Part shown: piece by piece, positions 10,617-20,431 of the stretch
Layout of the letters: each line of letters begins with the position of its first letter
Position numbering within the stretch: position 1 is the stretch's first letter
Assembly (NCBI GenBank): GCA_964471215.1
Contig: CAYYFC010000001.1
Coordinates: forward strand, 1,615 to 65,614
Direction of reading: 5' to 3'
Source of the DNA: an uncultured archaeon
Lineage (GTDB): Archaea > Halobacteriota > Archaeoglobi > Archaeoglobales > Archaeoglobaceae
DNA: 64,000 nt
Made by a program: the position numbers and the translations under genes
The notes under the pieces: generated by a model
Told to the model about the DNA's origin: nothing
Database searches by the model: none
What the model saw: the letters and a program-made list of their open reading frames with translations, nothing else

Positions 10617-13172
10617 ATGGATGAGGAGAGTATGAACATCATATACCTCGTCCCGCATACACATTATGATGCGATCTGGATATTTACAAAAGAAGACTAT
10701 TTTTACATAAATATAGATTTGATTTTGAAAAAGGTTGTAGATATGCTTGAAAAGACGGATGATTACAAATTCCTTCTGGAACAGGTTTACTTGCTTGAGG
10801 AGGTTGAGAGGAGATATCCCGAGCTATTTAAAAAGATAGTTGAGTTTGTGAAAAAGGGTAGGATAGAGATAGCCGATGGAGAATATCTAATGGCAGATAC
10901 TATGCTCCCGCAAGAAGAGACGCTCATCAGAGAGATACTCGTCGGAAAGAGATGGATTAAGGAGAAATTCGGGGTAAACGTGGAGGTTATGTGGCAGGCT
11001 GATAGCTTCGGACTCAACGCACAGCTTCCGCAGATATACAGGAAATGCGGGTATAAATACGTTGCATTCAGAAGGGGATGCCCAGAGAACAAACCATCCG
11101 AGTTCATATGGGAAGGACTTGACGGAACGAAGATAATCGCGCACTTCATGCCACTCGGTTACAGGGCGGGATTGAATCTAAACAAACTTGAAGAGAGCTA
11201 TGTTAAGTTGAAGAGACTCGCCGCTTCAAATCATATATTAATGCCCTCAGGTAGCGGTGTAACGATGCCGCAGGAAGAGACTTCAGAAGTGGTTAAAAAC
11301 TGGAACACAACGCATGACTCGATAATGAAAATAGCGACACCATCAGAATTCTTTAAGGAAATAGAAAAGATAGCCGATAGATTACCTGTAAGAAAGGGAG
11401 AGATGTACTGCGGAAAGTATTCGGAGATATTCCCGGATACGGCATCGAGCAGAATATGGATTAAGAAGAATCTCAGGAAGTTTGAAAACTGGCTTATAAG
11501 CTTTGAGAGATTCGCGACTATAAACGGAATACTTGGAGGTGAAGATCACAGCGAGGAAATAAAGGATTGCTGGAAGAAGGTTCTTTTTTTGGCATTTCAC
11601 GACGTAGTTCCCGGAACTGGTATGGACGCTGGATACGAGGAAGCAAAGCACTTTATAGGATTTTTAAACACAAAACTCTCATACCTGACCCCCAGAGTTT
11701 TAAAATCGATCATAGAACTAGATTCGGATGGAGAGGATTACGGCGATATAGTCGTCTTCAATCCTTTATCTTGGGATGTATCAAACTGGGTTGAAGTTGA
11801 CTTGAACTTCGATGAGGGTCAGGTATACAAAATTGAGGGGCTGAAGAGCGGTGAGGAAGAGATTGATGTTGAAGTTATAAGGTTTAGAAGGTATGAGGAT
11901 GAATCTCTGAGCTACGCGAGAATAGGATTTGTTGCAAACGTCCCTGCACTTGGGTACAAGGTTTACAAGATTATAGAGAGAAAGCCGAAAAAGAAGACTA
12001 AGAACTTTATAAGAATTATCGGAAACACGATAGAAAACAGGTTCTTTAACGTCAGCTTCTCGCCCGAAAGCGGATTGATCGAAGTCGTTAAGAACGGTAA
12101 GAAGATATTCAGAGGGAACGAGATAGTTATAGAGAGTGAGATAGGTGACCTGTACTACCACAAAGAGGAGTTAAAGACACCAATTAAGACCGAGAATGGA
12201 GAAGGAATAAGGTACGGATCCTTCAGGGTTAAAAGCTTCTGGATAGAAAAATCGCCTTTAAGAAGAGTCATAAACATAGAAACGGATTACTATTCGCTGA
12301 GATGGCCTTACAGGCTTATAGATAAATTAAGACCTATGATCTGGAGGCATAGATACGTAAGCTTTAGAAAGAAGATAGTAGTTTACAGGGATTTACCGAG
12401 AATAGATTTCATAACGGTGGTTGATAATAGGCATCCGAGGATAAGGTTGAGGGTGAGGTTCAGAACCGATATAAGAGTACCGGAATACGTCTGTGAAACT
12501 CAGTTCGGTGCAATTACGAGAAAGACCAATCAGTATTACTTTAAACCAAAGGATTGGGTTGAAAAACCTTCTGGAGTTTTTCCCAGCCTTAGATGGATAG
12601 ATTACAGCGATGGAGAAAAGGGATTAACTGTTATAAATAGAGGAAACCCCGAAAACGAGGTGAGAAATGGGGATATATACATAACGCTTCTTAGATCCGT
12701 CGACATGCTATCAGATGGAAGTGCAGGCCCGGCTATTCCTGTTCCGGATGCAAGAGAGCTTAAGAAATATGTCTTTAGCTATGCCGTACATCCGCATGAA
12801 GGTGATTGGAGATCTGCAAAGTCTTATAAGCACGGTTATGAGTTCAACTATGATTTAATAGCCCTTCAGCTGCCAAGGGCAAGAAAATATAGGATGAGCA
12901 GATCGTTTTTGAGTATAGAACCCGATAACGTAATATTGACAGCTCTAAAGAGATCGGAAGACAACGATGGAATAATAATAAGATTTTATGAAGCGGAAGG
13001 AAAGGAAACAAATGCAACCATAACGTTCTTCAAGGAGATAAAGCATGCCGAAGTCGTGAATATGATCGAAGAAAAAGACAATGAGTTCGATAAGGATATA
13101 AAAGTGGATGGTAACAAGATATACGTTAGGATGAATCCGTTCGAGGTCGTAACACTAAAGATCAGAGTTTAA
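10617..13172 (+). CDS. Glycoside hydrolase family 38 alpha-mannosidase-like protein
   Basis: 851 aa. The N-terminal GH38 catalytic signature is VPHTHYDAIW ... WQADSFG, and the length and C-terminal beta-rich domains are typical of GH38. Confidence 0.8.
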   Translation: MDEESMNIIYLVPHTHYDAIWIFTKEDYFYINIDLILKKVVDMLEKTDDYKFLLEQVYLLEEVERRYPELFKKIVEFVKKGRIEIADGEYLMADTMLPQEETLIREILVGKRWIKEKFGVNVEVMWQADSFGLNAQLPQIYRKCGYKYVAFRRGCPENKPSEFIWEGLDGTKIIAHFMPLGYRAGLNLNKLEESYVKLKRLAASNHILMPSGSGVTMPQEETSEVVKNWNTTHDSIMKIATPSEFFKEIEKIADRLPVRKGEMYCGKYSEIFPDTASSRIWIKKNLRKFENWLISFERFATINGILGGEDHSEEIKDCWKKVLFLAFHDVVPGTGMDAGYEEAKHFIGFLNTKLSYLTPRVLKSIIELDSDGEDYGDIVVFNPLSWDVSNWVEVDLNFDEGQVYKIEGLKSGEEEIDVEVIRFRRYEDESLSYARIGFVANVPALGYKVYKIIERKPKKKTKNFIRIIGNTIENRFFNVSFSPESGLIEVVKNGKKIFRGNEIVIESEIGDLYYHKEELKTPIKTENGEGIRYGSFRVKSFWIEKSPLRRVINIETDYYSLRWPYRLIDKLRPMIWRHRYVSFRKKIVVYRDLPRIDFITVVDNRHPRIRLRVRFRTDIRVPEYVCETQFGAITRKTNQYYFKPKDWVEKPSGVFPSLRWIDYSDGEKGLTVINRGNPENEVRNGDIYITLLRSVDMLSDGSAGPAIPVPDARELKKYVFSYAVHPHEGDWRSAKSYKHGYEFNYDLIALQLPRARKYRMSRSFLSIEPDNVILTALKRSEDNDGIIIRFYEAEGKETNATITFFKEIKHAEVVNMIEEKDNEFDKDIKVDGNKIYVRMNPFEVVTLKIRV

Positions 13173-13497
13173 CTCAACGCCGCTTTTGCATAAAAAAGCT
13201 TAAGTCGCATACGACTTCTAAGAGCATTTTTAGATATTTCTTCATACCATGAAACGAGCAGAAAGTATTCCACCGGTTAAAAGACTATTGTGAGATTTGA
13301 AAATTTCTGCTCTCCTTAATGCGATAAATAACATTATTACTTCTTCCTTCCTTATCTTTCGGGGAAGAAGAAGGGTAACTAGATGTTTAAACATCCTCTG
13401 TTTCCCTTGGGTTTTTCCTAATTTAAAAAATCGAAAAAACATCCCATCGTGATTAATCGATGATAAAACTTAATTTACAATTTGAAGAACATAAAGC

Positions 13498-14760
13498 ATG
13501 GAATTTAGTATGTCAAAAAATCTTTACGAACAGGCTGTTAAACTTATGCCGGGAGGCGTGAGTAGTCCGGTGAGGGCTGTGAAACCATTTCCATTCTACA
13601 CATCATATGCAAGAGGCTCGAAGATATACGATGTCGACGGAAATGAATACATAGATTACTGCCTAGCATATGGTCCTCTCATACTAGGTCATTCGAATCC
13701 AGTTATAAAGAGATCATTGGAAGAACAGATTGAAAAAGGATGGTTATACGGTACGCCAACAGAGATAGAAATAGAATACGCAAAATTAATAATAAAACTA
13801 TATAAAAGTATAGAAATGGTTAGATTTGTGAACACAGGATGTGAGGCAACGATGTCGGCAATAAGACTTGCAAGAGGTTTCACAAATAAGGATAAGATAC
13901 TGAAAATTGAGGGAAGTTATCACGGTGCTCATGACTGTGTTCTCATAAAGGCCGGTAGCGGTGCAACAACTCATGGTATCCCGAACTCTTTGGGAGTACC
14001 TGCGGATTTTGTAAAAAATACTCTGCAGGTTCCATTTAACGATATCGAGATGTTTAACGAAATTGTTGAAAAGAACAGGGATGACCTTGCATGCGTTATC
14101 ATGGAGCCTGTTATGGGTAACGCAGGATTAATACTTCCGGAAAACGGTTATTTAAAGGAGGTTAGAAAGATTACCGAGGAAAACGATGTTCTATTGATAT
14201 TCGATGAAGTCATAACAGGATTTAGACTTGCATTGGGAGGAGCTCAGGAATACTATGGAGTTGAGGCGGATATAACGACTCTGGGGAAGATAGCGGGAGG
14301 AGGACTACCGATTGGTGTTGTTGGAGGTAAAAGGGAAATAATGGAAGAGTTTTCACCATCGGGTAGGGTTTACCAGGCCGGAACATTTAGCGGGAATCCA
14401 TTGAGTCTCATAGCCGGGTACAATACGATTAGATTCATAATCGATAATGACGTGCTTAAGTATGTAAACAAGAGAACTGAGGAACTTGTAAGAGGCATAG
14501 AGGAACAGATGCCGAGAGATGTATCAATAGGTAGTATCGCTTCGATGTTCTGTATATATTTCGGTGAGAGACCTAAGAATTATTCTGATGTTCTAAAGCT
14601 TGACAGGGAAAGATATCTAAAGTTTTACTGGAGTTTACTAAAAAACGGCATATTCTTCCCTCCATCTCAATTTGAAACCTGCTTTGTTAGTTATGCGCAT
14701 ACGAGAGATGATATCGAGAAAACGATAGAGGTCGTTATAAGATGTCTGAAAGAATCGTAG
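13498..14760 (+). CDS. hemL: Glutamate-1-semialdehyde 2,1-aminomutase
   Basis: Translation [12 protein letters not shown] ... [13 protein letters not shown] ... FDEVITGFR ... [10 protein letters not shown] is the classic HemL signature. Confidence 0.92.
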   Translation: MEFSMSKNLYEQAVKLMPGGVSSPVRAVKPFPFYTSYARGSKIYDVDGNEYIDYCLAYGPLILGHSNPVIKRSLEEQIEKGWLYGTPTEIEIEYAKLIIKLYKSIEMVRFVNTGCEATMSAIRLARGFTNKDKILKIEGSYHGAHDCVLIKAGSGATTHGIPNSLGVPADFVKNTLQVPFNDIEMFNEIVEKNRDDLACVIMEPVMGNAGLILPENGYLKEVRKITEENDVLLIFDEVITGFRLALGGAQEYYGVEADITTLGKIAGGGLPIGVVGGKREIMEEFSPSGRVYQAGTFSGNPLSLIAGYNTIRFIIDNDVLKYVNKRTEELVRGIEEQMPRDVSIGSIASMFCIYFGERPKNYSDVLKLDRERYLKFYWSLLKNGIFFPPSQFETCFVSYAHTRDDIEKTIEVVIRCLKES

Positions 14761-15626
14761 TTGGGACTAGGGGTAGCAAGCTCGCACTGGCCCAGACGAA
14801 GAAAGTCGTCGATATTCTGAAGAGTGAGGGGTTTGAAGTAGAGGTAAAGATAATAAAAAGCACAGGAGACATAATGAAGGATAAACCGCTTTATGAATTT
14901 AAGAAAAGCGGTGTATTTGTCAGAACACTTGAAAATGCACTAGTAAAAGGAGAAATAGACGTAGCCGTGCACAGTTATAAGGACATACCAAGCTCTATGC
15001 TTGAAGGTGTTGTAGTGGCAGCCGTTTTGGAAAGGGACACACCCAACGATGCATTCATTTCGAGAGATGGCACGGATATTAACAGAATTAAGAGAAATGC
15101 AGTGATAGGCACATCAAGCCTCAGAAGAAGGTCTCAACTGAGTATATACCGTCCCGATCTCGTATTTAGAAATATAAGGGGTAACGTTGATACGAGGATA
15201 AGGAAGTTGATGAACGGCCTGTACGATGCAATAGTTCTGGCTGAAGCTGGAATTGTCAGGCTGGGATTGAATTTAAGATACCAGAGACTTCCTATTGAAA
15301 AATTCGTACCTTCGGCAAATCAGGGGATTATAGCTGTTCAGACAAGAAGCGAGGATAAGGATCTCGTAGAATTTATGAATGATAAAAGGACGTGGATGGA
15401 GGCAAGCATTGAGAGGGCTGTTATGAGAGTTCTCGGTTTTGGATGTGCTATACCTGCCGGGATTTATGCCGAACACGTGGGGAAAAGGATCAGATTGCTC
15501 TGCCAGATAATAAGGGATGGAAAAGAATACAGAGTCGACGAGTTTTTAAATCCAAGAACAGCGATTGAAGAAGCTGTGGAAATTGCTAGAGACTTGAAAG
15601 AAGAAGTTCAAAAACATTCCCGATAA
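14742..15626 (+). CDS. hemC: Hydroxymethylbilane synthase (porphobilinogen deaminase)
   Basis: Translation [13 protein letters not shown] ... AVHSYKDIP ... [12 protein letters not shown] ... [11 protein letters not shown]. It overlaps the hemL end by 19 nt. Confidence 0.92.
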   Translation: MSERIVVGTRGSKLALAQTKKVVDILKSEGFEVEVKIIKSTGDIMKDKPLYEFKKSGVFVRTLENALVKGEIDVAVHSYKDIPSSMLEGVVVAAVLERDTPNDAFISRDGTDINRIKRNAVIGTSSLRRRSQLSIYRPDLVFRNIRGNVDTRIRKLMNGLYDAIVLAEAGIVRLGLNLRYQRLPIEKFVPSANQGIIAVQTRSEDKDLVEFMNDKRTWMEASIERAVMRVLGFGCAIPAGIYAEHVGKRIRLLCQIIRDGKEYRVDEFLNPRTAIEEAVEIARDLKEEVQKHSR

Positions 15627-15772
15627 AGTCAATTGTGATAATTTCCTAGATGCAGACTCTACAGCCAGTCGACATGTAAAACGAATGTTGTTAATTAAGG
15701 CTGAGAGAACGGTTAGTCTTTCTCAAAATTTTGCAAAGATGTTAAATATTAACGATACGAATCTTAAGATAA

Positions 15773-16516
15773 ATGACGGGAAAGGTTTACATAGTCGGAG
15801 CAGGGCCTGGTAGTCTTGATCTCCTAACACTTAAAGCTATCAAGGTTTTAAAGGAGGCCGATGTAATATTATATGACGAATTGATAGGTGATGAGATAAA
15901 GGATTTCCTGAAGACGCTGAATGCAGATTTAATCGATGTCGGAAAAAGATCAGGAAGACATAAGAGGAGACAGGACGAGATAAACAGATTGCTTGTGGAG
16001 CTTGCTAGAAATGGTAAAAAGGTTGTTAGATTAAAAGGTGGAGATCCATTTGTATTTGGTAGAGGAGGAGAAGAGATAGAATTTCTAGCGGAAAACAGAA
16101 TTCCATTTGAAGTCGTCCCCGGAATTACGTCGGCAATAGCTGTTCCCGCATATGCCGGTATTCCTATTACCCATAGGGATTTCGATCCTGCTGTCGTTTT
16201 TATAACCGGAAGAGAGGCAAAAGAAAGGCTTAAATGGTCAGCCCTTGCAGATCTGAATGCGACCATAGTTATTCTGATGGGCTTATCTAACCTTGAGAGA
16301 AATGTAAAAAATCTCATAGAGCACGGTAAGGATCCGAGGACACCTGTTGCAATAATTGAGAGGGGTTGCACAAAGGAGCAGAGGGTTATAGTTTCGGATT
16401 TGGAAAATGTTGTCAGGGTTGCTAAGGATTCGAACGTTAAGCCCCCGGCTGTAATAGTCATAGGAGATGTCGTTAAGGTGAGGGATAAGGTTAAAGACTT
16501 CTTAATATTTGATTGA
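15773..16516 (+). CDS. cobA: Uroporphyrinogen-III C-methyltransferase (SUMT; precorrin-2/siroheme branch)
   Basis: Translation VYIVGAGPGSLDLLTLKA ... VVRLKGGDPFVFGRGGEE ... VPGITSAIAVPAYAGIPITHR. Confidence 0.9.
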   Translation: MTGKVYIVGAGPGSLDLLTLKAIKVLKEADVILYDELIGDEIKDFLKTLNADLIDVGKRSGRHKRRQDEINRLLVELARNGKKVVRLKGGDPFVFGRGGEEIEFLAENRIPFEVVPGITSAIAVPAYAGIPITHRDFDPAVVFITGREAKERLKWSALADLNATIVILMGLSNLERNVKNLIEHGKDPRTPVAIIERGCTKEQRVIVSDLENVVRVAKDSNVKPPAVIVIGDVVKVRDKVKDFLIFD

Positions 16517-16519
16517 TGT

Positions 16520-17065
16520 ATGCTTGATGTAATAAATGATATGATTAAAGTGGGGAAAAAACTGGCAGTATACAGGCTTATAGATGGAGCTAGTGGGAAC
16601 ATGAGCTACAGGATTAAAGATCTAATAGTGATTACGAAAACAGGTGCCATACTGGATGAGCTTACGCCGAAGGATTTCGTTGTGCTTAGGATCAACGAGA
16701 ATTCTGAAAGGGCTTCCAGCGATCTAAATGTCCATAAGGCCGTATATATGAATACTGACTACAGGGCAATTCTTCACTGTCACGGAATCTACAACGTTAT
16801 ACTATCATTCATAAACGATGAGATAAAGCCGATAGATCTTGAGGGTAGGATATTCTTAAAAAAAGTTGAAGTTGTCGAGGGAGAATTTGGAAGCGATGAA
16901 TTGGCGGAAAAGATAGCTGATAGAATTAAAAGGTACGGGATCGTAGTCGTCAGGGGACATGGAATATACTCAGCAGGAAAAAGCATACATGAGGCCTTTA
17001 ACAAGGCGTGCTATCTCGAGCACTCCTGCGAAATCTTATATAAATACAGCATTCTGGAAAGATGA
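16520..17065 (+). CDS. Class II aldolase/adducin-domain protein (FucA/MtnB-like)
   Basis: 181 aa with GNMSYR, SSDLNVHKAVY, ILHCHG and RGHGIYSAG, the typical class II aldolase/epimerase His-containing motifs. It starts 4 nt after the cobA stop. Confidence 0.7.
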   Translation: MLDVINDMIKVGKKLAVYRLIDGASGNMSYRIKDLIVITKTGAILDELTPKDFVVLRINENSERASSDLNVHKAVYMNTDYRAILHCHGIYNVILSFINDEIKPIDLEGRIFLKKVEVVEGEFGSDELAEKIADRIKRYGIVVVRGHGIYSAGKSIHEAFNKACYLEHSCEILYKYSILER

Positions 17066-18258
17066 TAGTAGCTGTTGCCAGAGCAAGAAAGGATGCCAAG
17101 GCATTAAGACATGCGCTGGATTGCGAGATTATGAGCCTAGGAGGTATAAGGAGCTTTAAGGATTTTGATCTATCTCAGCTTAAAGATAAGATACCGATAT
17201 TTTTCTTTGGAAGGGATGAAATTGAATTGGCAGATGAAATAGAAGAGGAGATTTCCAAGATGACACCGATATACCAGATTGTCATTTTGAGTAAGAAGGC
17301 GGTTAGAAACACGAGAATTGAGGAGATAAGATCTATGTTCGAGCTTGCAAAGGCTAGGATAAGACTTGGATTTAAATTCGACGATGTCTTCATTTTTAGC
17401 AACAGGGATCATATAGGAATCGACGTTGATCCTGATTACGATGCCTATTTCATAATAGGAAGGAATTTCGTTGAAAATACAAGAAGGATTTTCGGGATAG
17501 ATGTCGAAGAAGGAAACCTTGTTATAAGGAAGATGTACAACGAAGAATGGATATACTGCCCTGAGCTAAAGGCGATTATAAGTAAGAAAATAGGAGAAGA
17601 ACCTTCTGTAAAGTTTCATAAGAGCTTTAAACCTAAAAGGATCGATATAGATGAAATGATCGCCAGAAATAGGAAATGGTTGAAGAAACTAGAAGAGATA
17701 TCCATCAGCTTTATCAGAGAGAATGCTAAAGGTTCTGCTGGCGTACCTTTTAGCGGTGGAAAAGACAGTACTGCTGCTCTAATAATTGCAAAAAAAGCAC
17801 TGGGAAATGTGAAGGCTCTGTACGTAAGGGTTAAGGATTACGAAATGCCCCATACAGAGGATTACGTTGAATACGTCTGCGATAAACTAAACGTTGAACT
17901 CATTAAGGAAACAGTCGAATTTGACGTTAGGAAATACGGATTTCCCACACACGATAACAGATGGTGTACAAGGATAAAAATGGAGGGTTTGAAGAAAATT
18001 GCGACTGACACACTAATAGTTGGTGATAGAGAAGCTGAGAGCAGAATTAGAAGATATAGACCTGAGATACTGAGGAGGATAAGAACAGAGCTTTTCCCGA
18101 TAAAGTACTGGAGTGCCGGTATGGTTCAGCTTTACGTACTGATGAACGGATTAAAGCTTCATCCCCTTTACTATAAGGGATTCTACAGACTTGGCTGCAC
18201 GATCTGTCCGTCTCTGAGCGGATGGGAGATTTCACTGCTAAAATTCCTGAACGCATGA
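17062..18258 (+). CDS. Fusion protein: an unknown ~215-aa N-terminal domain plus a PAPS reductase / PP-loop ATP pyrophosphatase-family domain
   Basis: It has the PP-loop motif VPFSGGKDSTAAL, a PAPS-reductase-like core (HDNRWCTRIKMEGL, VGDREAESRIRR) and a C-terminal Cys pair (RLGCTICP). Its ATGA start overlaps the upstream gene. Confidence 0.65.
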   Translation: MIVAVARARKDAKALRHALDCEIMSLGGIRSFKDFDLSQLKDKIPIFFFGRDEIELADEIEEEISKMTPIYQIVILSKKAVRNTRIEEIRSMFELAKARIRLGFKFDDVFIFSNRDHIGIDVDPDYDAYFIIGRNFVENTRRIFGIDVEEGNLVIRKMYNEEWIYCPELKAIISKKIGEEPSVKFHKSFKPKRIDIDEMIARNRKWLKKLEEISISFIRENAKGSAGVPFSGGKDSTAALIIAKKALGNVKALYVRVKDYEMPHTEDYVEYVCDKLNVELIKETVEFDVRKYGFPTHDNRWCTRIKMEGLKKIATDTLIVGDREAESRIRRYRPEILRRIRTELFPIKYWSAGMVQLYVLMNGLKLHPLYYKGFYRLGCTICPSLSGWEISLLKFLNA

Positions 18259-18263
18259 TGATA

Positions 18264-19934
18264 TCAGGGATGTGTGTAGACTGCTATGAGTTCATCGTTT
18301 TTGAATGACTCGAGCCTGCAAAAAGCAAATCTTTCAAACTGAACGACATTGCCTATATCGTTTAATGCATTTCTTTCCGCCAACCCCTCGTAATCCCTTT
18401 CAATTCCGTAAATATAACATTTGACAGAATCTTCATCCGATAACCAGTGAATTATATTCCTACCTTTTTTTGCATCTTTAAGTTCAAATCCTTCAAATTC
18501 AAAGATTTTTCTGTCCTTATCCTTAAGCCTTATATTGCAGAAGTCCTTAAGTCTTATTACATCACCTTCTCTTAACCTTTCGAAGTCATCTCTTGATATA
18601 TAAACAGTATCGGCACCGTTTAGAACTCTGTAATCATCTTTTCTCGGGTTTAATGGTATTTTAACAGAAATTCTTTTGCAAATTCCATCTATTTTTATTT
18701 TAACTGGATCACATACAAAGAAATACCTATTTGCCATCTGATCAACTATTTTTCTGTTTTCGGCATACAGATTTTTTATACTTATAGATAAATCATTTTC
18801 TCCGATACCTAAAGATATAAAGAACCTTCTTATAGCCTCTGGTCTGAAACCTCTTCTTCTTAAAGCTCTTAATGTCGGAAGTCTATGATCATTCCAGTCC
18901 TTATACTTTCCAAGTTTTATCTCCTCCTTTAACTCACTGGTTGAAAGCTTTCCAAATTCATATATGCTTATCCTCCCCCAATGCTTTGTTATGGGGTATT
19001 CCCATCCGAAATACCGATAGATGTACCTCTGTCTGAGCTCTGAATCCCTAAGATCCTTTCCCCTTATTATATGTGTTATTCCAAGTAAATGATCCTCTAT
19101 TGCCGATTCGAAGTCCAATGTTGGCCATACATGGAATTTATCGCCGACCAAGGGATGCTCTTCATATATAATTCTAAAAGCAACCCAATCCCTTATTGCA
19201 GGATCCTTATGCTTCATATCGGTTTTTATCCTTATTACAACCTGCCCCTCCTCATACTCGCCTTCCAGCATTCTCTCCCAGACTTCAAGAGCTTGTTCTA
19301 TTGAAGTATTACGATGAGGACAGTTTACACCATTTTCTCTGTACTTTTTAAATTCGTCCTTTGAACAAAAGCAAGGATAGGCCTTTCCCGTCTCAAGTAA
19401 TTCTTCACAGTATTTGTAATACGTTGGAATCCTCTTTGAAGCGTATATTACCTCATCCGGCTTGGCATCGAGCCATTCGCAATCCTCAATGTACCATTCG
19501 TAAGCCTCGATCATAGGCCTTTTAGTTCTCGGATCAGTGTCATCAAATCTAAGTATGAATTTACCATCGTAGATCTTGCAGTATTCACTGTTTATCACGA
19601 TACCTCTGGCCGAACCCAGTGTTGCAGGCCCGTTCGGATTTGGCGCAAACCTCATGACAACTTTACCCTTCTCAGCACCCTCTAAGGGCGGTAGTTTTAT
19701 TTCTCTCTCCTTCTTTTCAGGTTTTACATAGTAAATCTCAATAAGTCTCTTTCTTTCCTCGTTACTCAGAGATTCGAATTCCCTTATGCAATCCCTTACA
19801 GTTTGAATTACATCTTTTATCTTACTCTTCAGCTCTGGGTTCTCTGCTATAACCTTTCCTATTACGGCCTTTTCACTGGGTTTTCCGTATTTTACGGCAT
19901 TTTGCACTATGTACTTCATTATTATTTCCTTCAC
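18264..19934 (-). CDS. gltX: Glutamyl-tRNA synthetase (archaeal/eukaryal type)
   Basis: 556 aa. The class I HIGH-like motif is RFAPNPNGPATLGSARG, followed by RFDDTDP and a KMSKS-like LSTSELK. Confidence 0.9.
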   Translation of the reverse strand: MKEIIMKYIVQNAVKYGKPSEKAVIGKVIAENPELKSKIKDVIQTVRDCIREFESLSNEERKRLIEIYYVKPEKKEREIKLPPLEGAEKGKVVMRFAPNPNGPATLGSARGIVINSEYCKIYDGKFILRFDDTDPRTKRPMIEAYEWYIEDCEWLDAKPDEVIYASKRIPTYYKYCEELLETGKAYPCFCSKDEFKKYRENGVNCPHRNTSIEQALEVWERMLEGEYEEGQVVIRIKTDMKHKDPAIRDWVAFRIIYEEHPLVGDKFHVWPTLDFESAIEDHLLGITHIIRGKDLRDSELRQRYIYRYFGWEYPITKHWGRISIYEFGKLSTSELKEEIKLGKYKDWNDHRLPTLRALRRRGFRPEAIRRFFISLGIGENDLSISIKNLYAENRKIVDQMANRYFFVCDPVKIKIDGICKRISVKIPLNPRKDDYRVLNGADTVYISRDDFERLREGDVIRLKDFCNIRLKDKDRKIFEFEGFELKDAKKGRNIIHWLSDEDSVKCYIYGIERDYEGLAERNALNDIGNVVQFERFAFCRLESFKNDELIAVYTHP

Positions 19935-19969
19935 AGAAAAAATTTTAATGAACTGTATATATCTGTTTC

Positions 19970-20425
19970 CTAAGATATCTTAAGAGCTTCCTCCAATCTT
20001 TTTATTCTTCTCTCCAAATCTCCGATATCGATGAACATTCTTTCAACCCTTCCGGCCAGAACACTTTTTAATGCCATCAGGAGCTCCCTTCCAAATCCCC
20101 TTTCTATACAGATCTCATCCACTTTCTCGTGATCGTATATACCTCTCTCCCTTGCGATAAGCTCGGCGAATTCGTGCGCGATTATGCCCTTTGTAACTTC
20201 ATCGTCAACGGTATACACAACCGATATACCGTATACGTTTTCATCACTTTTATACAAAAATTCGGGATCAAATCCAAGTACTTCTCTGAATTCCTCAATC
20301 TTCATGGCAATTCCGGGAGAAAAAATATGTAATTGTGGATATGTTTTAATCAGGGACACCTTATCCTTTATCTCATCAAATTTTTCTCTGACCTCCAAAA
20401 AGATCTTCAGTACTTTATCCTCCAT
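19970..20425 (-). CDS. Hypothetical protein (151 aa)
   Basis: A clean ORF with a coiled-coil-like C-terminus. It contains HEFAE, which is not a canonical HExxH motif. I recognise no family. Confidence 0.5.
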   Translation of the reverse strand: MEDKVLKIFLEVREKFDEIKDKVSLIKTYPQLHIFSPGIAMKIEEFREVLGFDPEFLYKSDENVYGISVVYTVDDEVTKGIIAHEFAELIARERGIYDHEKVDEICIERGFGRELLMALKSVLAGRVERMFIDIGDLERRIKRLEEALKIS

Positions 20426-20431
20426 GAACGT

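Noticed and set aside
13242-13442. A 66-aa minus-strand ORF in the spacer upstream of hemL
   Set aside because: It has a basic, low-complexity sequence (FFRFFKLGKTQGKQR...), no SD or TATA context that I could see, and lies in the promoter region of hemL. I did not list it as a gene.
15787-16602. A 271-aa minus-strand ORF antisense to cobA
   Set aside because: It is a shadow ORF on the opposite strand of a strongly recognisable SUMT gene. Its translation is low-complexity and S/T/P/L-rich, with no motifs.
19970-20425. An HEFAE motif suggesting a zinc metalloprotease
   Set aside because: The motif is HExxE, not HExxH, and there is no third ligand motif. That is insufficient to call a peptidase, so the ORF is left as hypothetical.
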